A stretch of 64,000 nt of DNA from Phoronis australis (taxonomy: Eukaryota; Animalia; Phoronida): positions 2,899-66,898 of the forward strand of contig NMRA01001032.1 of assembly GCA_002633005.1 (NCBI GenBank), in the 5' to 3' direction. Below are positions 25,201 through 35,290 of this stretch, in pieces. A model generated the notes under the pieces. It saw nothing but the letters and a program-made list of their open reading frames with translations, was not told where the DNA came from and did not search any database. A program made the position numbers and the translations under genes. Each line of letters starts with the position of its first letter. Within the stretch, counting starts at the first letter, position 1.

Positions 25201-27345
25201 ACATCAGTTTACGCATTCGTACTTATTATTACAGAATTCCTGGGTCTGAGCACTGCTTCACCCTAAACTGCCAGCCGGAGATGTGCTCCATTCTTGTACA
25301 CGTGGATGACTCCAACCGGGAATGGATTTACAAAGAGCCCAACATAGACCTTCCATTGGTGGACTACTATTCGACAAAAAAGGTGGTCGACCTGAACCCA
25401 GGATCTTCGGCATTCTTCCGCACGGGATCGATGATCTCCAATCCAGGTACTGACTGGTATGAGGAGCTGGCCGGATATCTCCTCGAGAGTGTGTATTGGA
25501 GCTCAGGTCGTCGCTTGTCCCGTGAGTATCCCCCGCTCAATACACTCCCCGGCTGGTGGACACAGCTGTCCAACGGCCTTCTCTACTACGAAACTAAGAA
25601 CCAGATTTATTCAAGTGAACACGTGGCATCTTTTGACCTGGATAATACCATCAGCAAAACAAAAAGTGGCGAAGATTTTCCTGTCGACGAAAATGACTGG
25701 ATGTTCACGTCTGACAAAGTCAAACCCAAAATACAAGATAACAAGAACAAGGGCATCAACAACGTAATCTTGAGCAACCAGGTAAAACATTCAGACGTAA
25801 ACCAGCTACATCTACATTTTCAGGGTATTTTAAGGCAACGATGTGATATCCAAAAAAGATCTGGTGGGTTTGAATATTAACCACCTAATAACGTAAGTGA
25901 GCGGATCAATTCCTTTTAGTAATAATTCAAACAATATACATAGGCTGAATTCAAACGAGGTGGCTAAACTTTGTAAATAGTTCACTTACGTAAAGTTTTA
26001 AAGTGTGTGCAGGCTCACTTCGGTGGCGGTCTTGGTAAGGCCTACAGATCATCCATATAGAATGCAGCAGATGCATTTTGTGCCTTTTGCTGATTATTAT
26101 AGACTTCCATTCTGCAGTTAAGTGGGGTAGGGTAGAATGCAAACTAAATGATGGTTGCACTAACTCCGTCTCAGTGATTGTTCAAAAATATGTAGAGCCT
26201 CCCTTGGTAACTGTACATCATATCCACCCCATTACGTATTTGTTGCAGGCAGGCATCGGGAGCGGCTCTCAAAATAAAGACGAGTGGATGTCAAAGATTG
26301 AAGCCATCACCACTGAACTGGGTGTACCCATGTTTGTCCTAGGTGCCACAGGGTACAACAATCTTCGCAAGCCTGACCCTGGAATGTGGACATATTACAG
26401 GCATGAGTATATTTATCTTGTGCACGTTGTTTTTGGCCCCATGGATTTCAGATTGACGGTGTTTCCTTCAAATTTTGCTTGCCTAGCATATAAAATATGT
26501 AATAAAGATAGCTAAATGTAGTTTAGAAATTTCTCAGTATTTCAGTTAATAACAACTTTTTAACACTGCAAATCTCTACTTTTCACATTTTTTGCACACC
26601 GTCTCTGCTTAATATTATGTTTTATCTAATTTCCCTTCGAGGACCGCGTGAAAGACTATTTATTCGCTTACCTAAATGTCAGAATTAAATGTTAAGGTTA
26701 CGGGAGACAAAAAATGAGGGGGGTCGAAATTCAAACCAGATGCTGGACTGCACGCTCTGTTCTCTAAAATATGGTTAGGAATTATATTTTATATCCTCTT
26801 TGGCATTATGGATTGTCAAAAATGGAACTTGTAGGGAAACATCGAAATCAAAATAAAAGGAAAACGAAAAGATCATTTAGAGAACTGTCACAGATTTTGA
26901 GATTTCGTCGTGAACATTTACATTGAAAAAAATAAAATATTGTTGTTCTTAATAGCGTTGTTTTCATACAAAAGTGTCTTTACCTTTTTGTAAATATCCT
27001 TAAAATGAAATACGGTAGTCATTTGACCCAATTAATAGGAGAATGGTATAAAATGAACGATTGTTACTTTCACACAGTTGAATTCTGTTAGCTTTGTTGT
27101 TTTTTTGTGTAAAATCTTTACAATATTTTTGAATGTCCTACTTAACTTACATACAATGTCCTTACAGCTGCACACTGAATCAGTTCAAGACCATTGACAA
27201 GTCCACTGCGGTGTATGTTGGGGATGCGGCTGGTAGACCAGGAGATCATAGCGACTCGGACAAAGTGTTTGCCGAGAACGTTGGTATCGCTTTCCACACC
27301 CCTGAGGAGTACTTTGAAGGACAGAGGGGACACACTGAACTTTAA
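3780..27345 (+). CDS. Gene copy 1 (13 coding exons, 1076 aa): signal peptide + GMC oxidoreductase + SRPBCC/START-like + PNKP-like HAD phosphatase + HTEL
   Basis: Exons 3780-3835, 5203-5321, 6829-7080, 12024-12175, 12415-12518, 13904-14076, 18037-18173, 20724-21048, 22145-22228, 24010-24961, 25235-25781, 26249-26400, 27168-27345 join with matching phases. Introns are GT-AG except one probable GC-AG. Total 3231 nt, ending TAA. GMC motifs appear in canonical order. Exons 1-8 are confirmed by the paralog downstream. Confidence 0.85.
4191..4267. repeat. (AC)n(AT)n compound microsatellite in intron 1
   Basis: Directly visible. Confidence 0.98.
5203..5321 (+). CDS. Copy 1 exon 2, GMC FAD-binding Rossmann start
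   Basis: SVDDGMWCDFVIVGAGTSSLGLASRLSEIPSWKVCVFERG; CAG acceptor, G|GTAAGT donor. Confidence 0.92.
6829..7080 (+). CDS. Copy 1 exon 3, GMC N-terminal domain
   Basis: GPMESGMESWY...IYIPRFRGRGGTSRVYGAIARRA...WPEG, a variant of the GMC RGxxLGGSSxxN motif; conserved in the paralog. Confidence 0.92.
7519..7682 (-). repeat. Copia 3' LTR
   Basis: TG...CA ends; adjacent CTCTCCTCA is the polypurine tract on the minus strand. Confidence 0.95.
11661..11824 (-). repeat. Copia 5' LTR
   Basis: Seven mismatches to the other LTR by my count; followed on the minus strand by PBS-like GGTTATGGAC. Confidence 0.95.
12024..12175 (+). CDS. Copy 1 exon 4
   Basis: GWKHEDMTYYYKKVED...WHGKGGPM matches GMC GWxxxxxxPYFKKxE and HGxxGP motifs. 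Confidence 0.92.
12415..12518 (+). CDS. Copy 1 exon 5
   Basis: EAFHLFPREMKYLCEDKTKPWNGYKPDYNGPVEDR (GMC DxNG motif); paralog exon at 54946-55049. Confidence 0.9.
13904..14076 (+). CDS. Copy 1 exon 6
   Basis: ISCSVFQQYK...ARGSSFTGYY...ISAPVT; paralog exon of the same length at 56904-57076. Confidence 0.9.
16141..17270 (-). mobile_element. 5'-truncated decayed LINE (CR1/L2 group), RT 3' part
   Basis: SGVPQGSAFG, FFDD and C-terminal NSFFPFTVLLWNRLP; many frameshifts. Confidence 0.75.
18037..18173 (+). CDS. Copy 1 exon 7
   Basis: EILFNEERKAIGVTF...RKEVIVGAGSFDTPHLLQ matches GMC EVIxxAGxxxxPxLL. Confidence 0.93.
18217..20100 (-). mobile_element. 5'-truncated LINE (RTE-X-like) with (TTA)n/(TTGTTA)n tail, copy 1 intron 7
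   Basis: EEQAGFRTGYSTIDNIF, AFVDFSKAFDSV, RQGC, LFFADD, C-terminal HSLNIEKGR...C..C...HF...CP; AATAAA then a TTA tail on the minus strand. Absent from copy 2 intron 7. Confidence 0.85.
20182..20323. mobile_element. Small hairpin MITE (Tourist/PIF-like ends)
   Basis: TTGATTGACTTCGCCG...GGTCAACCAGC pairs with GCTGGTTGACC...CGGCGAAGTCAATCAA; right end TGTAGCC. Confidence 0.65.
20724..21048 (+). CDS. Copy 1 exon 8
   Basis: VSGVGPKELLKDIGV...VGQHLWDH matches GMC SGIGP and VGxNLxDH motifs. Confidence 0.93.
22145..22228 (+). CDS. Copy 1 exon 9, acidic 84-nt symmetric exon
   Basis: Pyrimidine-rich CAG acceptor, open phase 1-1 frame GALCTADPPEYEDDAQNKQYEDSSDTLE, G|GTATAT donor. Not confirmed by the paralog within the window. 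Confidence 0.65.
24010..24961 (+). CDS. Copy 1 exon 10, GMC C-terminal domain plus start of SRPBCC-like region
   Basis: PEYRGHV...PEI, HPVGTCKM, VRGVSNLRVCDAS, GNPAATLFAMGEKLADML; reading frame stays open ~150 aa further to an AG|GTATGT donor. Confidence 0.92.
25235..25781 (+). CDS. Copy 1 exon 11, SRPBCC-like C-half plus N-half of PNKP-like phosphatase
   Basis: Phase-2 CAG acceptor matches the exon 10 donor; VASFDLDNTISKTKSGEDFPVDENDW (HAD motif I in PNKP context) and ILSNQ (motif II). Confidence 0.88.
26249..26400 (+). CDS. Copy 1 exon 12, PNKP-like phosphatase
   Basis: AGIGSG...KIEAITTELGVPMFVLGAT...RKPDPGMW (motif III). Donor is CAG|GCATGA, or a weak GT at 26407. Confidence 0.88.
27168..27345 (+). 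CDS. Copy 1 exon 13, phosphatase motif IV and HTEL-stop
   Basis: YVGDAAGRPGDHSDSDKVFAENVGIAFHTPEEYF, then EGQRGHTEL-TAA. Confidence 0.92.
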
Positions 27346-27941
27346 GAAGATACTGGTGACCACGAAGAAGGGTTCTCTGTGTGTGTTTAATAACTCTGAC
27401 GAAGGATTTCCGGAAAATGTGTGCATAACCTTTCACAGACTCGTGGGATATTTTGGTGTCGAAAAGACACGCAGAGTTCTCCTTATTCATTGTATGCACA
27501 ATGATCATGATTAACATTTTTAGAAAACACTGGTTGGCTAGAATTGATTGAGTTTGGTATTATTTGTGTTAATTGTCACACGCGGGAAGGTATGTTGAAT
27601 GAGTAAGGTGTCCGTCGAGTATTACTAATGCATACATATCTCAATTTTCTAAATGTGTATAGTAGTCTACAGTTGTCCGCGTGATATGGCGATGTCTCGC
27701 GCATGACGATACTGGATGTATAGCGTGTCACAATACACTCTAACATGACAAAGTTCAGTTTGTTTATTAGAGGATTTAGTAAAACAAGTATTGAAACCTG
27801 AACATCATTTCTTTTTGGCATTCAAGTTTCTCACGTTTCACTAAGTTCAAATTAGGTAGTGTTTTGCCCTGTTCCTCAGTTGATGTCTCTGCTGTCAAAC
27901 CCTTAGTATGAATTTCTACAAGAGACGCTTCATATCTTCTT

Positions 27942-30900
27942 TAGTCCAGTTATTCTAGGGCTCCAGAGGGCCCAACCTAGAAAAATTGCAACAGAAGGTT
28001 TTTTGTATAAATGACGTCTTCAAACATCCCTTGGTGCCAGAAAAAAGTCTATCGCAATCGAAGTGGCGGAAGTCGGTTTTTCAAGATGGCGGAAAAATGG
28101 CCGCCAAATTCGGTGTTTACTGCTTTCTGGCATGTTGCTCATATGTAACAGTTGAGTTTATACTTTTCGTAACAGGCATACCAATCAGAAGATGCCAATT
28201 TTCCGTAAAATAAAACCAATATGGACGACAAAATGGCGGCCGAAACGCCAATTTGGTACATGTTGCAAAATTTCTTTTTTATATTTTGCCCTGAAAATAG
28301 CAAAATTTTTATTCTTTTGTAGGTTAGACAATTGAAAATATCTGGACCTTACAATTGGTCACTGGTTTTCTGAGAAAAAATCAAGATGGCTGACAAAATG
28401 GCCGCCAAAATGGCCGCCAATTCACAAAACCCCAATCTTCCTGATAGGCAATCGCACAAAAACATTTTACAATCTACAGTCAGGGTTAATGATTTGATTG
28501 TTTCTATCATTTGTATTTAATATTTAGATACTAAATGTGGAATTTTAATCACATTTTAGATTATATAACATAAAAGTTGGTGTGTTTTTCAGAAAAGGCT
28601 TTCGTTAAATTTTCATAATAAATTTCACGCACTCAATAATTTTTCTGTAAAATATATTCATTTGAGGTATCAAAAATAATTATTGTTACCAAACTAATTA
28701 ATTCTGGTGGAGTTACTGGCTTATTCATTACACGAACCATTAATAAAAATGGGCAGGAAGTGGCTTCTTTCTCTGCTATTGGAGATGCTGTTAGATGTTC
28801 CCAAGCAATGATTTCGTCTGCTGCTGGCATGTGTGGAGAATTTGGCTGCTGATTTCACCTGAATTTGATGAAAAGCAAATAGAATTGTGTAACAAAAAGT
28901 TAATTTATAAATTTTAACAATTAATACTCACAATTTGTTTAATATGCATGCTTTTTATGAACTGATTTTAGAGGAGGTTAGTGCCAGCAAACCAAACTAA
29001 AGTGATCTGCAGTCAGTTGTTCTTAACCAAAGTTGGCACATTTCATACTAAGATGAGCTTTTTGGAATGTATTGGATACGTAATGTCAGGCACGGGGCTT
29101 CAAGAAGTTCTTGAGACGGTGTGATCCTAATGTTAAATGGAAAAAGTGTGGATAGAGCAGTGAGGGTGCACATGTTGGTAGAATCAGCACTGAATGCTAT
29201 CATAAAAGCCAGAACATTCAACATCCCACTTCCAAATATTGACAGATCAAGTAAGGCCAATCCAGAACCAATGAAGAAAGAAGTTCCGGTACTTTAGAAA
29301 TTCCAGGAGTCCCGAATGTCACCAACACAGAACTTACAGATTCCATACCAAGAGGTGGAGCAATTCAATGATTTTACACAAATGTTGACTCGTCAGAACA
29401 TGGAGACAGAATTTCAGGCATCCCAACTGATCAAATAACTAGATGTATACACTGGGGCATGCCATGCCCAGCCAGTGTTTTTCGATTCTGAAACTTCGAT
29501 TACAGTGGAATACCCTCACGAGAGTTCACTTCTGGCTCCCGAACTACTGCCACTGGTATATTCAAACACGACTGAATCAGAGTATAGGTCTTCAGAATTC
29601 GCAGTGACAGAGAATAGTTCGTCAGAAGAATCAATGGCCAATGATATACTTGATGATCATTTGAGAGCTGGTATGAAGCTTTATTATGATCTTATTGCAG
29701 GTCTGACGTGTGTGTGTGTGGCGATGTACGCTCGTCAGAGTGTCTCTTAGGTATCCATAAAAATCGAAGCACATAAATCAGACTTGTCCTTGCAAAGTCG
29801 AATCATGAGTCTTTGGCTACAGTAAATGAAAATGACTGACATCCTTCGACTTTTTTAAAAGCAGAAATAACGTCAGTTTGGGAGCTTCACCTAAAAGCAG
29901 CTTATGAAATGCTGCCTTACTTTACAGCTGCTGGTCACAACTCTTATGCAAAATCTACATACATATTCTTGCAGCCGAACCAGCAACTCAAAGACACCCG
30001 TCCAGACGTCTATGACTAACACGCCGTAAGACAAAGTGACAGATTCTGGGCAGGTTTGTCATGAGATACGATCTTGCAATTGAACAAACGCTCATGAAAA
30101 GTATTGAAACAACAGGATGTTTAACAAGAGGTTGCATAATGGGAGATGCACAACGTGGGTGCATTCCTTGCCGGCATGCTCAAGTATAAATGGCGCCATG
30201 CAGACTGTGACAAACTTGAGCTGTGAAACAAGTCAGCAGCATAAAGAATGTACCCAGGCAAGACAGTCGCGTGACAACAAAGACATCCGTAGTCTTGTTG
30301 AATTCCTCCACACCAGAACCCATTTTGAAGAGAAACATTACATCATTGCCACTGTTGTGACTGCAGGCAAATGCGTCAATGCCTAAAATGCCAGAGAAGT
30401 GGGGAAGGCGATTCACTTGTCTATGGAGGAGTCAAGTGCAAAAGACTTCACATTCAGAAAGAAAGACAAGGTTGTGGGAATGACATGTCAATCAGTGGAT
30501 CCACGACTGCTATTTTAGCGAATCCTGACAGCTGCAACAGACAACAGTGAAAGTTCATCAAGCCTTTTGAAGTTTGAGCTGTGTTGGTTCCCCTGCTTTT
30601 TTGACACATTTGGTCTTCCCATAATCGCTGATAAATCAATATTAGCTGATACAGTCTGGTCCAGTGGGGGACTACATGAGGATTTCAATTTCCAGAAAAC
30701 ATGGTGATGCACGTAATCGACGGCGGTTCTCTCCTTCACCGTATTGCATGGCTTAGAGGTGCAACGTTTCAGTCATTTGTTAGAGCTTGTGTGAATTACA
30801 TCAGCAAGTGCACCAAGACTACTGTTGGACCATCAACTAAAGATGTCTCCAAGTTCGAAGACTGGGTGAGGTGGTTGGAACTGAAGTTCACTTCAATGGT

Positions 30901-32918
30901 GACATGGTGATCAAGTCAAAAGAAGGAACATTTTTCGCAATGAGCAAAAACAAACAACGATTCATTCACTTCTGGTCAAGTTTGCTGGGAAATGCAGGTT
31001 GCACAGTGGTACAACCTCAAGGTGACGCACATGTTTTAATCGTAGAAACAGTAGTAGAGAACGCAGCACAAGGTCTAACTAACCTTATTACAGACGATAC
31101 AGGCTTGTTGGTTCTTTTGTGTTACCATGTTACTTCACAACGAATTCCAATGTTCATGAAATTTGACAAGAGGCGCAAAAGCATGATAGTCTGGGACAAG
31201 AAGAAACTATTGTTGTCTCTTGGTGCCGGAACTTGTGCAGTTTTGCCATTTGCACATGCAATTGGTGGTTGCAATACAACGTTACGGTTGTTCGGTATTA
31301 GAAAAGGTTCTCCCATTCAAGAAACTGCGTGATCAAAAATTCTGCAAAAAACGCTAGTAAGAGTATTCACAAGATCCGTACAGCTGAAGCAAGACAAGCT
31401 GGTAAGAGCTGTGTCTGCTTTATGGCGGTACTGACTCTGGAAATTTGAATGACTTGCGATACAGGCGATTTGTGGATGAGGTGTCAAACTAGCCCAGTCC
31501 AAATACAGTCATTACCACCAACTTTAGTAGCTAAATTCCATGCTGCCGGGACATATTATCAAGAGCAAGAGTGGTCAAGTTTCCATGGCAGTGACCTAGA
31601 CTCGCTGTATTGGGGATGGGTGCTCGCAGGTGGAAAAGTCATTCCCACGACGACAGATCAGTCAGCCGCACTGGAGAACCTGCTAAAAGTAGTAAGATGC
31701 TCATGTAAGACCAACTGCAAATCCAAGAGATGTACTTGCAAGAAGTTAGGATTGCCGTGGTCGGTTGCATGTGGAGAATGCCGTGATATAAGCTGCAGCA
31801 ATTCATTCTCAGTTGACAGAGAGTAGTTGTGTAAATACTGTTTGATTGGGTGTTGATTCATTTGTTACAACTAACTGGATAGTAAATCACTAAATTAATC
31901 GCAGAGAGTTATTTTCGATACAGCACATTTTTTCAGGAAGAGAATGATCCTTCAGCCCAGGCGAAACTGATGTTTTTCACCAAAATAAGATATTATCCAT
32001 TAAACAATCTTGAAAATGGTAGTCGTAATCATTAGAGCCAAACAAAAATTATTGTAGTGGACGTGATGGCCGAAAAACTCAGGATATGATATCTGTGAAG
32101 ATGGCGTGTCTCTGGAATCTGAAGTTCTTACATGAACCAACTATTTGGTGGCCATCTTAGAAAATGGTGGAAGTAATCATTAGAGCCAAACGCCACGAGT
32201 CTCAATGGATTAGTCGACTCAGAAACCTATGATGCAATGTTTGAAGCAAGACAGTACACTAATCTGTTTGTGCGAAGTTGTGCCACTTGAAATAGTTTTA
32301 GAGGCCATCTTGGGAAATGGCGGATGGTGTCACTACAGCCATGCAAAACTTTTTCCAATGGATTTGTTGATCCCCAAAAGATAGGTAAACCTTTTTGAAT
32401 TTTTACTCTATCACATTCCACTCTCAAGTTATAATGATCATCGGCAAATATGGCGGTCATTTTGTCCGCCATCTTGGAAATGGTGGAAGTAAACATTAGA
32501 GCCAAATGCAATGAGTCTCAATGGATTAGTCGACCCAGAAAACCTATGATGCAACCTTTGAAGCAAAACGACACACTAATCTGTTTGTGCTAAGTTGTGA
32601 GACTCGAAGTAGTATTGGCGGTCATCTTCGAAAATGGTGGACAGTGTCACCACAACCATCCAATGGATTTGTTGACCCATGAAAGATAGGTCAACCTTTT
32701 GAATTTTTATTCTACATTGTATCACATACCACTCTCGACTTATAATGGTCACGTGCAAATCTGGCGGGCCATTTTGTCAGCCATCTTGAAAAACCAACTT
32801 CCGCCACTCCGATTCCGGTAGCCTTTTTTCTCACACTAAGGGGTGTGAGAGGATACCATTCATGCAATAAAACCTTCTGTTGCAATTTTTACTGGTCATC
32901 CGTAGAATGACTGGAATA
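27942..32918 (+). mobile_element. Decayed Academ-like (AcademX) DNA transposon, ~5 kb, long TIRs
   Basis: ~160-bp imperfect TIRs (TAGTCCAGTTATTCTA...AAAATTGCAACAGAAGGTTTT versus its reverse complement ending TAGAATGACTGGAATA). Broken ORF with WELHL...MLPYFTAAGHNSYAKS, XPG/PIN-like IDGG, GDAH, DDTG, HAIGGCNT, LPPT and a C-terminal Cys-rich CSCKTNCKSKRCTC...CGEC...CSN. Confidence 0.75.
32150..32790. repeat. Two ~310-bp subterminal tandem units inside the Academ-like element
   Basis: GCCATCTT..AAATGGTGGAAGTAA.CATTAGAGCCAAA...GAGTCTCAATGGATTAGTCGAC repeated at ~32150 and ~32468. Confidence 0.8.
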
Positions 32919-33025
32919 CCTATACATGTTCTGTTTATGGTGAGAAGTCATTGTGTACACTGTTTCTGCAGAACTGTTTGAAGTACTAGCCAGGATCCCA
33001 AAGAACATCTTCCCTTCTACACTCA

Positions 33026-35290
33026 ATATCACTGCTGAGTGTAGAAGGGAAGATATTCTTTGGGATCCTTGCTAGGAGGATGACATCCTATCTCTTAGAC
33101 AACAAGTACATAGACGAATCTGTCAAGACGGGAGAAATTCCTGGCTTCTCAGGCTGTGTTGAACATACGAGTGTCTTGAGCCAGCTGATTAGGGAGGCCA
33201 AGTTGAAGAGGAAAGACCTGACATGTGTGTGGCCGGACTTAGCCAATGCCTACGGTTCCATACCCCACCAGCTGATCAACATAGCATTAGAGTACTATCA
33301 CGTTCCGGAGCATATCAGTCGCATGTTAACAGATTATTTTCGAGGAATCCAGTTGAGGTATACTGCCATCACTACAGACTGGATCAAGCTGGAAAGAAGT
33401 ATAATAACTGGATGTACCATCTCTCCTATTCTGTTCATAATGGGGATGAATTTTCTGATAAAGGCCGGAAAAAGGGAATGTAGGGGTCTGGTATCGTGGT
33501 GCCTGTAATTAGTGCATTTATGGACGACTTGACAATAACTACAGTGACGCATGTGCAAGCTCGGTGATTTTGGCAGCACTAGATGGCGTTCCAACGTGGG
33601 CTCGTATGGAGTTTAAACCCAGGAAGTCGACACTTCTGATAATGAGAGGTGGGAAAGTGGTAAACAGATTTACCTTGACCATTCAAGGCGAAGAAATTTC
33701 ATCAATTGTTAACAACCCCATTATGTGCCTAGGTAAATGATACGGTGATCTCCTGTGCGACAAGAACAACATCAAGCAGATGGAGACCCAGGTGACGGAG
33801 TGGTTGAAGAGAATAGAGAAAAGCGGTCTTCCTGGCAAGTAAAAGGCGTGGATTTACCACCACGGGCTGTTACCTCGAGCAACGTGGGGTCTTATGCTGT
33901 ATGACATCCTGACATCGGCAGTAGAGTGCCTGGAGAGAACAGTAAGCAAGTGGCCGAGGTAGTGGTTGGTAGTCCCAAGAAGCTTCACACAGGTTGGTCT
34001 TTATAGCAGAACGGCAGAGCTCCAGCTGCCTCTAGCGTCACTCAAAGAGGAGTTTAAAGCAGGAAAGTGCAGGCTAGTTCTCACATAACGCGACTCTAGA
34101 AATCCAAAGCTGAGGGATGCTGGTGTCATGACGAGACCTGGGAGACGGTGGTCAGCAGACACATCTGTGAGCCAGGCGGAGAGTTTGTTACAGATCAGAG
34201 ATATAATTGGCAACACCTGCGTAGGATGTCAGGGGTCGGGGACATCCCAGTTCCAACAGTGGGAGAAGGCGAGTGAGAGGCAGCGGAGGGAGATGGTCTA
34301 AGCTGAGGTGAGAACAGCAGAGGATGAAGCCCGTAAAGCCAAGGCATTCTAACTGAGCCAGCAGGGAGCATGGACCAGGTGGAATCTTTCAGAGAGGAAG
34401 ATATCGTGGGCAGACGTGTGGAGGATGGAGCCGATGCGTGTCCAGTTTTTACTTCGCTCGGTTTACGATGTGTTACCATTGCCTGCAATCCTTGACTGCT
34501 GGGGCCTAGTGAATGACCCAGCCTGCCAGTTGTGTGGAAGAAGAGGTACATTGGCCCAAGTCTTATCAGGGTGCAAGATGGCACTTCAGCAGTGCCGATA
34601 CAGATGGCGTCACGACCAAGTAGTGAAGACCCTTGCAGACATCATAGATGGAGAGCGTAAGACAAGAGCAACTCAGCCTAGGGCAAGCAGCCAGCACATA
34701 AAATTCGTCAGGCCAGATGAGATACGGAAGAAGTCACGTCAGTAGCCTTGCATCCTGGATGGAGCAAGTTGGGAAATGAGAGTAGATCTGGGGAGAAAGC
34801 TTGTGTTCCCTAGTTTTGTGGAAGCATTACTGCGGCATGACGTCCTTCTGTGGTAGGATATTCATCAATGTATAGTGATTATAGAGCTTACGTTGCCTTG
34901 GGAGGAAGGATGCGAAGAGGCCCATGGGAGGAATTGATCTTAGTGTAGCGAGCTGGCGGAGACATGCAGAGCTCGAGGCTGGCGAACTTGGTTGTTTCCT
35001 GTAGAGGTGGGATGTAGCGGATTCCCTGCAGGATCTGTATTGTGGTTGCTGGAGAAGCCTGGTGTGCGAGGGGGAAGGAAGAAAGCTGCAGTAAAGAAGA
35101 CTGGTCGACACAGCTGAGAGGACATCTTGGTGGCTGTGGTAACGTCGGATTGATGGAAGTTGGAGGCCCCAGTGATGCACTGTGAGTTGGCCCCCACTGT
35201 GGACCCAGCAGTGGAGACCGTTATCGTTTAGGGTCGAAACGAGTCAAGGAAGATGGATGCCATCTGACGACATCAAGCTACGCCTCCAAT
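33026..35290 (+). mobile_element. 5'-truncated decayed RLE-type non-LTR retrotransposon (HERO/NeSL-R2 group)
   Basis: ISLLSVEGKIFF, GCVEHT, DLANAYGSIPH, GCTISPILF, FMDD, degenerate CCHC (CQLC...QVLSGC), RYRWRHDQV, and RLE-like ELTLPWEE and FPVEVGC; many stops. Confidence 0.88.

Noticed and set aside
25119-27345. Calling this locus the PNKP gene
   Set aside because: No FHA or kinase domain, and it is fused to a secretory GMC protein, so no gene symbol was assigned.
35230-35275. GAAAC...CTGACGA in the HERO 3' UTR, possible hammerhead ribozyme
   Set aside because: I could not form the required stems around the core.
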